A stretch of 59,256 bases of DNA, counting the filler. It is 4 parts of 4 records of this genome, joined end to end, with 100 filler letters (N's around TTAATTAATTAA, not from the genome) between each part and the next. Parts side by side here need not be neighbours in the genome. Positions count along the whole stretch, not along the records: positions 45,039 to 53,812 come from SRR20825019_372; positions 53,913 to 59,256 come from SRR20825019_391; 2 more parts are not named here. One strand, given 5' to 3'. Shown one piece after another: positions 52,718 to 59,256 of this stretch. The notes below the pieces were generated by a model, which ran no database searches, was not told the DNA's origin, and was given only the letters and a program-made list of their open reading frames with translations. The stretch's first letter is position 1, and each line of letters opens with the position of its first letter. Both the position numbers and the translations under genes were made by a program.

Positions 52718-53712
52718 CCACCAACTGGGCAATTGATGGACTGAACTGTGCCGGTTTCAACCGGGAGCAGATGGAGAAGACGCTGAAGGGCGGCGTACAC
52801 GCCATCAACTACACCACCACACGCCCCTATGCCAACCTGACCGACAGTCTTCTGCAGATCGAGCATGTGCGTGACACGGTGGCTGAAATGAGCGATGTGG
52901 CGCTCATCGCCACCACGACCGAGGACATACGCAAGGCCGCTGAAACCAATCGCGTCGCCATCATTATCGGCACGCAGGATTCGACGATGATCGAGGCGGA
53001 TGTCAAACTGCTCGCCACGCTCAAACAGCTCGGCGTGCGTATTCTGCAACCCAATTACAACAAACCCAACCGTTTTGGCTGCGGGGCGCCACAGGAAGGT
53101 CCCGAAGATACCGGTATGACAGAAGCCGGTCGGGAATGGCTGGAAGAAATGCACCGCCTCAATCTTGTGGTCGACCTGTCTCATTGCGGCCATCGAACAA
53201 CCAGCGAGTTCATCGCTGCAAGTAAGGGGCGCCCGCTGGTCATCAGCCACGCCAATTCCTATGTGGTCTGCCCGAGCCTGCGCAACAAAACCGATGAGCA
53301 CATTCGCGGAGTGGCCGAGACAGGTGGTCTCATCGGCGCGGTGATGTGGTCGCCCGCCGTGCGTCACGACGAGCGCCCGACCATGGACGATTATCTCAAC
53401 CACCTCGATCACCTCATCAATGTCGGCGGTATCGATCACGCGGCGTTCGCGAGTGATGTGGTGGAATCCCCGCGCCCTGCTCCGGAAAAGTGGGACAAGT
53501 CCTACGGCCCCAATGGCATGGACCAGAAAATAACCGGTGTTCTTGGTGACTGGTATGTCTACGAGACCCGGCTCAACGCCGATTTTCAGTCCCTGACCGA
53601 CACGCCCGCAATCTGGGACGCTATGCGCAGGCGGGGTTATAGCGAAGATCAGGTTGAAAAGGTCATGCGTGGCAACTGGATGCGCGTTTTAAAGGAAATC
53701 TGGGGCAGCTGA
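52714..53712 (+). CDS. Second peptidase M19-like amidohydrolase (atypical metal site)
   Basis: IDGLNC, DLSHCG, ISHAN, LRNKTD, ASD, VMRGNWMRV; ATGA overlap with the regulator. Confidence 0.88.
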   Translation: MTTNWAIDGLNCAGFNREQMEKTLKGGVHAINYTTTRPYANLTDSLLQIEHVRDTVAEMSDVALIATTTEDIRKAAETNRVAIIIGTQDSTMIEADVKLLATLKQLGVRILQPNYNKPNRFGCGAPQEGPEDTGMTEAGREWLEEMHRLNLVVDLSHCGHRTTSEFIAASKGRPLVISHANSYVVCPSLRNKTDEHIRGVAETGGLIGAVMWSPAVRHDERPTMDDYLNHLDHLINVGGIDHAAFASDVVESPRPAPEKWDKSYGPNGMDQKITGVLGDWYVYETRLNADFQSLTDTPAIWDAMRRRGYSEDQVEKVMRGNWMRVLKEIWGS

Positions 53713-53720
53713 ACGATCCT

Positions 53721-53748
53721 CGACCGCGCCGTTTGATCGGCGCGGTCG
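53721..53748. terminator. GC-rich stem-loop downstream of the second M19 gene
   Basis: CGACCGCGCCG-TTTGAT-CGGCGCGGTCG perfect 11-bp stem; no U-tract. Confidence 0.55.
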
Positions 53749-53812
53749 GGAGATCACCAGATTGACGCTGAATGCCGCATGGCTGACCTTGCGGCTGGGT
53801 GGTTTTGCGGGC

Positions 53813-53912
53813 NNNNNNNNNNNNNNNNNNNNNNNNNNNNNNNNNNNNNNNNNNNNTTAATTAATTAANNNNNNNNNNNNNNNNNNNNNNNNNNNNNNNN
53901 NNNNNNNNNNNN
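53813..53912. other. Artificial contig linker
   Basis: 44 N + TTAATTAATTAA + 44 N. Confidence 0.99.
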
Positions 53913-53929
53913 TGAATCAAGTCAACAAC

Positions 53930-56900
53930 ATGTCCTGTGGTGACCTATTGGAGGTCGTTGGCGCGTATCGATTGGCAGTCTCGGTGGATGCATTGGTAGC
54001 CTCAGTTGCAGCCATCGGAGCAATTCTTACATCATCTCCCTCCTTACTAGTAGATGGACTCTTCGCACCACATGCTAACTTCACCACACGAGCAAAAGGC
54101 AGCGCTTTACTACACCAAGCACTTCGATCGAATTTAACTGAAGTATTGGGATTTTCAGGACCCAGTCTGGGGATGGTCTCCAAGTCCGGAGAGCGAAAGA
54201 CACAAGAACTACGAATTCTACACATGCCCGCTACTTCTATTTCAGCCAGATCGATTTCGAATCCATTTTCTTTGATGCAAGTTTCCACCTCCGAGACTGG
54301 GGCTAGTGTTGCCTATACTATTCTAGTAGAGGGCACCTCCCACGCAGATGGTACCACTTCGACGAATGTGACAGTTTCACGTACCTCAAGTGTAATTAAT
54401 TGGTTCGCAGACGCATCCATCGTCTCCCCAACTGCTGCCGTCCCCGATGTCGACCCTGTCACCCTCATCCACGACCACCTCGATTTTGTGCAACTAATCG
54501 TCCTTATTGTGGTACTCATCATTGCCTTCATCTTTGTAGTGTCTGGGGTGTTGCTGTTTCTCTATGTTAGACGCAACCCGGAGGCAATTCGAACTATCAG
54601 CTCCTCTATTTCGTCCAACAACGTCAGTGGCCCCTTGGCGCTTTTCATTGCCCTCATTGCGGATACAGCATTCACAGTCTTTATTGCCGAAACAGCAATG
54701 ATTCCCATCTTCTTGGGTTTAGCAGTATTAGTATCCATATGTGAAATATCACAGTGGATTTGGCGCCACTGTACAAGTCATCAATCTACTACAAGTCGAG
54801 GGTTTGGTATTGCCAGTATGCTGGTAGAACTCTCTGTACCTTCCCTACTATTTCAGAACATCCCCTTCGGCGCCTTCACATCCTATGCGCTTTTCAATAT
54901 CCATTCCACCCCCTCCTACATTCTCCCCTCTTTTATTATATCTCTGCTGTTGGTTGGGTATCGTAGTATGAGGTTGTGGGACCTGCTGGAGAATATTCCT
55001 TGGTTATCGCTTTGTACTAGCAACGCCAATCAGACCGAAGCGGGATACATGCTGGAGGACTCCGATGAAGAAGGGGAGGAGGGCGAAGAAGATGAGGAGG
55101 ATGAAGAGGAGGATGAGGACAATGATAGTAGTGGTGAAGTACCATATGACGGCCAAAGCATCCATGCAGTATCCACAACGCGGCCCCTACCCACCCCATT
55201 GATTACATCACCAACAGAATCGATTCTATGTGCATCCCATCCGGCCATGGCCACTACTAAGGTTGGAGGTTTATCGTCTAGCCACCCCTTACATCCCGAT
55301 GCCCCCCCTCCAACCGACCCTATACCCTTCCCATCCTTCCCGGCCAGTCCTCGAGAGAACTCCGAAGGTCCTCGTTCATCCTGCACATCCGATACCCCCA
55401 AACGGTCAAACCAAGTTATGTCAACCTCCGATACTGCTATTCTAGGCCCCATCGGTCGTCGTCGACGGGAGCGGTCCGTATCCATCCTCACCGATGTGAG
55501 TGGAGTGGCCCCCAGTGCTCACCACCGCCGCCAACGCCTTTTCCGACCCAAGGAGGACGATAATAAGTCCGCATGGTTGTCTATCTTAAAGAACGCTCTC
55601 TTTGCAGTTGATGTTGATGATGCAGAGGGTTTTGTCCCTGGACTGCTGACATCGGATAGCGATGCACCACCGCCAGTAGATATATCCTCCACGGACCCCC
55701 TCCATGGGGGGGACCATGAGTTACAGTCACTAGCTAGTGGATCCAAGGCATCCTTTGGTACCAAAGACGGCAAAGGCCTTCACCAGTTTGATAGGATGTG
55801 TGTTTCGAGGAGCACCTTTGCATCCTTCATCTATAGGACCGATCCGGGCCGGTACAAGGAACTCGCGGATTTCACCGATTCACTATGCCTCACACTAAGA
55901 GTACAACACGATGTACTGACCAGCGAACTACAATCAATACTACTCCCCCTTATGCGCCTATCTGCAATTCAGGACGGGACTAATAAGTTCATTGCCCGAT
56001 ACACGACTGCCAATAGTTGGCACAAGCTCCACGAAGGGCTTCTATCGTCGTACCAAAAGCAGGCCAACAGCGGCCTACCAGCCCCTGCTAGTGAGGAAGA
56101 TCAGCCCCCCCTAACCTCCCTAAGAGTACTAAGGGGGGTACTACAGTTCACAGCTACGGGCCTTAGAGAGGGCTCTCAGAGTCTATTAGATACGGTTGCT
56201 AACTACCACTCCACGGAGACGTCCTCCTTTTGGAACCCCTCCGCCTCTACTGCCCCAAAGGTGTGTGCCTTCTCTGAGAGGGATATACTAACCTCCATGG
56301 CCTCACAGGATGCGAGAGTAGCCTCCTTAACTGGTGGTGGGGCTGGGAAGCCAAACGTCAGTAGCTCCATATCACCACCTCTTCCATCCCCACAACATCG
56401 TGATGCCAATAATAACGAGAGGGACCCAGAGCGGTCTGGAGGCAGTATACTTAGTATTCATAGCCATTTCCAAGAGTCTCTTCAGGGGGACAGTAATAGA
56501 AGGCCAGTAGGCGGGATGACGAGGAACTTCTCTGTTATCACGGACACTATTGACGAGGAGGGCAACAATGAAGAAGATGTGATTATCAACGAGCATAGCG
56601 GTAATAATGATCGTAGTAACAACACTTATACGAAGGATGGAAGTGCTGATGTAGATGACATGGAGGAGGATGTACACAAGCTGTCCGAGGAGGACCTATT
56701 CGCGTTGTACATGCAAAATGAAGAAATTAAAATGCTCCTGGACTGGAAGATACACCTTCAACACTTCACCTCTGACGCTAAGAAGGCCACCGCCACTGAA
56801 GGGGCTGGTGCTAGTGGTTGCGGTGCGGTTGGTGGTAATTCCCCATTCGTTCCCTTGGGGGGCGTCAAATCCCAAGCAGGAGTAGGCAAGGGTAAGAGTA

Positions 56901-57661
56901 AGCAACCACACAGGCCCACCCCCCATCACATCGAGCTAGGTTTCACCGACCTCTCTACCCTCAGCCCCGCTGATATAGAGGGGTCTGATGTGCTAAATTT
57001 GATTGCATTTGGCAAGATGGCGTCAGCTATGTCGCTACTAGCTTATCAATGGGACAACCTCAAGACGACAGCCACAGGAGGAAATGATCCAACAGTAGCT
57101 GAAGTTGCCGACTTGTTAAAAACTCTCAGTAGTAGGGATGGTGGTGTTGGTGGCACAGGGGGTATGGGGTCTATGGCGATCAACAGGGCCGACCGAAATA
57201 GTTTTATGGACACCACTACTGGAGTTGAGACGGATGAGCAAATAAATGCAACAGCGAAGCTTTATGTCAAGGGCATGAAGATTGCCCTCAAACAAAATAA
57301 GTTCAGATTGTACCTTGAGCACCTCAAGGAGGTTGTGGCTTTTAAACATGCGCAAGATCGTCATCGCAAGAGGAAGGTTGTAAAAAATCGGCTACTGAAC
57401 TGTTTCAAAGCGGTCGCAGGAATCCGAAACCCCCTGATGATGATGGCGAAGGCAGCAGGTCGAGGAGCCCTACCAGCAAGGTCACTACTGTCGTTGATGG
57501 GAAAGGGAAACCTTGTCTTGACACCGACAGCAGCGCCGACTACTAACCCCCTGGCCGTCCTATCACCTGTACAAGATCCCGCAGACCGGGGTGGGGAGGA
57601 GGAAGATGCACACCAACAACCTTGTTCCAACTCCACTATTGGCTCTGTCGACATAGTATAG
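53930..57661 (+). CDS. Large intronless membrane protein of unknown function (probably 5'-truncated)
   Basis: 1243-codon open frame that stays open to the contig start; several hydrophobic helices at aa ~185-345, acidic and low-complexity cytoplasmic region. Confidence 0.8.
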   Translation: MSCGDLLEVVGAYRLAVSVDALVASVAAIGAILTSSPSLLVDGLFAPHANFTTRAKGSALLHQALRSNLTEVLGFSGPSLGMVSKSGERKTQELRILHMPATSISARSISNPFSLMQVSTSETGASVAYTILVEGTSHADGTTSTNVTVSRTSSVINWFADASIVSPTAAVPDVDPVTLIHDHLDFVQLIVLIVVLIIAFIFVVSGVLLFLYVRRNPEAIRTISSSISSNNVSGPLALFIALIADTAFTVFIAETAMIPIFLGLAVLVSICEISQWIWRHCTSHQSTTSRGFGIASMLVELSVPSLLFQNIPFGAFTSYALFNIHSTPSYILPSFIISLLLVGYRSMRLWDLLENIPWLSLCTSNANQTEAGYMLEDSDEEGEEGEEDEEDEEEDEDNDSSGEVPYDGQSIHAVSTTRPLPTPLITSPTESILCASHPAMATTKVGGLSSSHPLHPDAPPPTDPIPFPSFPASPRENSEGPRSSCTSDTPKRSNQVMSTSDTAILGPIGRRRRERSVSILTDVSGVAPSAHHRRQRLFRPKEDDNKSAWLSILKNALFAVDVDDAEGFVPGLLTSDSDAPPPVDISSTDPLHGGDHELQSLASGSKASFGTKDGKGLHQFDRMCVSRSTFASFIYRTDPGRYKELADFTDSLCLTLRVQHDVLTSELQSILLPLMRLSAIQDGTNKFIARYTTANSWHKLHEGLLSSYQKQANSGLPAPASEEDQPPLTSLRVLRGVLQFTATGLREGSQSLLDTVANYHSTETSSFWNPSASTAPKVCAFSERDILTSMASQDARVASLTGGGAGKPNVSSSISPPLPSPQHRDANNNERDPERSGGSILSIHSHFQESLQGDSNRRPVGGMTRNFSVITDTIDEEGNNEEDVIINEHSGNNDRSNNTYTKDGSADVDDMEEDVHKLSEEDLFALYMQNEEIKMLLDWKIHLQHFTSDAKKATATEGAGASGCGAVGGNSPFVPLGGVKSQAGVGKGKSKQPHRPTPHHIELGFTDLSTLSPADIEGSDVLNLIAFGKMASAMSLLAYQWDNLKTTATGGNDPTVAEVADLLKTLSSRDGGVGGTGGMGSMAINRADRNSFMDTTTGVETDEQINATAKLYVKGMKIALKQNKFRLYLEHLKEVVAFKHAQDRHRKRKVVKNRLLNCFKAVAGIRNPLMMMAKAAGRGALPARSLLSLMGKGNLVLTPTAAPTTNPLAVLSPVQDPADRGGEEEDAHQQPCSNSTIGSVDIV

Positions 57662-58434
57662 GAGAGGGGTGCACTTCTCTTATCCTCAACCTCATCAACA
57701 ATATATTATACATCTCCTCGTCTTCGAACATTAGAGGAAATCATCAATTTATTCTTTATTTAATTTGTAAATATTTAAAGAGGTACATTAATATGTTTTA
57801 AACTTTTTCGCGAGAGAATAGAGAAACAAAACAAAAACACACTGTATGTTCCAAATTCCACGTCGAATCCTCCTTTCTTTAAAAATGGAGGATGTTGACG
57901 ACTATGGGTACAAACAAACAAACACACCTGTACTTTGGGGGAAAGGTGAGGTTGTATTAAAAACAACAACCATTAGTAGTGATTCATCACATCCCTCCAG
58001 CTCCCTACCACAACACCACCGAAAAAGTCTCGTGACTTGCCTTACCAAGAGTGCACGGCGAATCGGGAGAATGTAACAACTAGATTGTGCATTTCCGAAA
58101 GAATCTATTCTTACTGCAACCGCTCACCCACTATTTTCGTATCTTCTACTATCACACTACACACTACCCTTTACAGACAGGACTCTTATCTTCGTATATC
58201 CCTAGCTGCCTTCCCATTACGTTGTATTAAGCTCCACCACTCATCAACCACTACACTAACCATCCAACTTTCATATGTACTCCACAACTAAAAATAGCAC
58301 CGTTTCTATTGGAATTAAATGGTCTGAATATTTTGTTCTGTTTCAGTTATTATTATTATTTTCTGTTTTCCCCCCCTATTATCCAACTTTCCTCATCATT
58401 TAAGAGCATATTTTTAAAGTTGAATGTATTGTCA

Positions 58435-59256
58435 ATGTCATCCAATCGGTCTATAATCTTCACTCCTTCTAACCCATCATCACTGTCTATTTCATCACCC
58501 CCTGCTCAACAAGATGATGATGGTAGTATGGTGATATTTAAGGTAACATCAACACCACCTACAGCTAATACTACCACCAATACCACTACGGCTGTCATCC
58601 AAACCCCCCATGCTAGCAGCGGCAACAACAGTGTACCCACCTCCCTATGGCTTACCCTAGTGGTAGCCATAATGGGAGGATTACTGATGGGGTATGGTAT
58701 TGGGTTTAGCTCCGTGATCTCCCAACTAAAGGATGAACAGATGGACTGCGAGGGCGGTAGTCTGCTGACCATTGAGGACTGTACCCACTACAGTAGCGGT
58801 CGGTGCTGGTGGAATGGGACAGTCGATGGTGGTGGTGGTGGCAGCGAGGAGGCATCGTGTCGATACAGAGGGCCACGATGCACAGAGGTGGCCATGAATG
58901 ACCGCCAATGTAAACTATACAGTCTATACTGTGTATTCGACGCGGAGAGTGGTTGTACGTATAAGAAGGGCTTCAGTGCCCTGGAGCAGGGAGGTCTTGC
59001 AGGGTCGGTGGTAGGTGGGTCGCTACTAGGCTCTCTGGTCATGACACAGACCGGTAAGCGCATCCCCCTCCACGCATCCTTCTACCTCCTTGCAATCACA
59101 TCCCTCACTGCTGCCATTATTTTCCAAATCGTTATCGGTATTGGGGAGAGGGCAGCTCCCTCCTCCTCCTATGATTCTGATGACGCTACCATCATTTCTA
59201 CTAAGTACCTGGGGGACAGTGAGGGGGGTATATTATTCAATATGGACCTATACTCG
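58435..59256 (+). CDS. Kinetoplastid-type hexose transporter (THT/GT-like), 3'-truncated
   Basis: Manual translation: TM1 GGLLMGYGIGF, a loop with 8 Cys (DC..DC..RCWW..SC..RC..QC..YC..GC), then TM2 GFSALEQGGLAGSVVGGSLLGS; open to window end; not in ORF track. Confidence 0.75.
   Translation, partial: MSSNRSIIFTPSNPSSLSISSPPAQQDDDGSMVIFKVTSTPPTANTTTNTTTAVIQTPHASSGNNSVPTSLWLTLVVAIMGGLLMGYGIGFSSVISQLKDEQMDCEGGSLLTIEDCTHYSSGRCWWNGTVDGGGGGSEEASCRYRGPRCTEVAMNDRQCKLYSLYCVFDAESGCTYKKGFSALEQGGLAGSVVGGSLLGSLVMTQTGKRIPLHASFYLLAITSLTAAIIFQIVIGIGERAAPSSSYDSDDATIISTKYLGDSEGGILFNMDLYS

Overview
The window is not one locus. It is four unrelated contigs joined by identical 100-nt artificial linkers (44 N + TTAATTAATTAA + 44 N) at 23323-23422, 44939-45038 and 53813-53912. 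Contig 1 (1-23322) is a GC-rich Hyphomicrobiales-type alphaproteobacterium. It carries a Dpp/Opp ABC transporter, ROK and LacI regulators, a divergent IHF-alpha-like gene, rirA, an ABC-F ATPase, DUF1045-phnM-phnN, glycerate kinase, and an RpoE(ECF11)-ChrR singlet-oxygen locus with ufaD/ufaO-like genes. Contig 2 (23423-44938) is a gene-dense eukaryote with ~50-70 nt introns and very GC-rich promoter islands. Its genes are anoctamin, an Hrp1/Musashi-like RRM protein, RNF25-like, CASTOR-like, DXO/Rai1, a TRP-like membrane protein, a HAL-domain-HisRS fusion, a sugar porter and PanB. Contig 3 (45039-53812) is an alphaproteobacterial catabolic cluster: peptide-type ABC transporter, two atypical M19 amidohydrolases, a fused tautomerase and an XRE-cupin regulator. 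Contig 4 (53913-59256) is intronless eukaryotic DNA, probably kinetoplastid, with a large orphan membrane protein and a partial THT-type hexose transporter. Best novelty candidates: (i) a probable RirA-repressed small RNA just downstream of rirA (two tandem IRO boxes over a TTGACA promoter, hairpins, terminator); (ii) a structured leader with a Cys/Met-rich uORF ahead of a small protein; (iii) the uncharacterised M19/tautomerase cluster; (iv) the MIO-less HAL-HisRS fusion and GC-island genome architecture of contig 2. All family calls come from reading motifs by eye; no searches were run.
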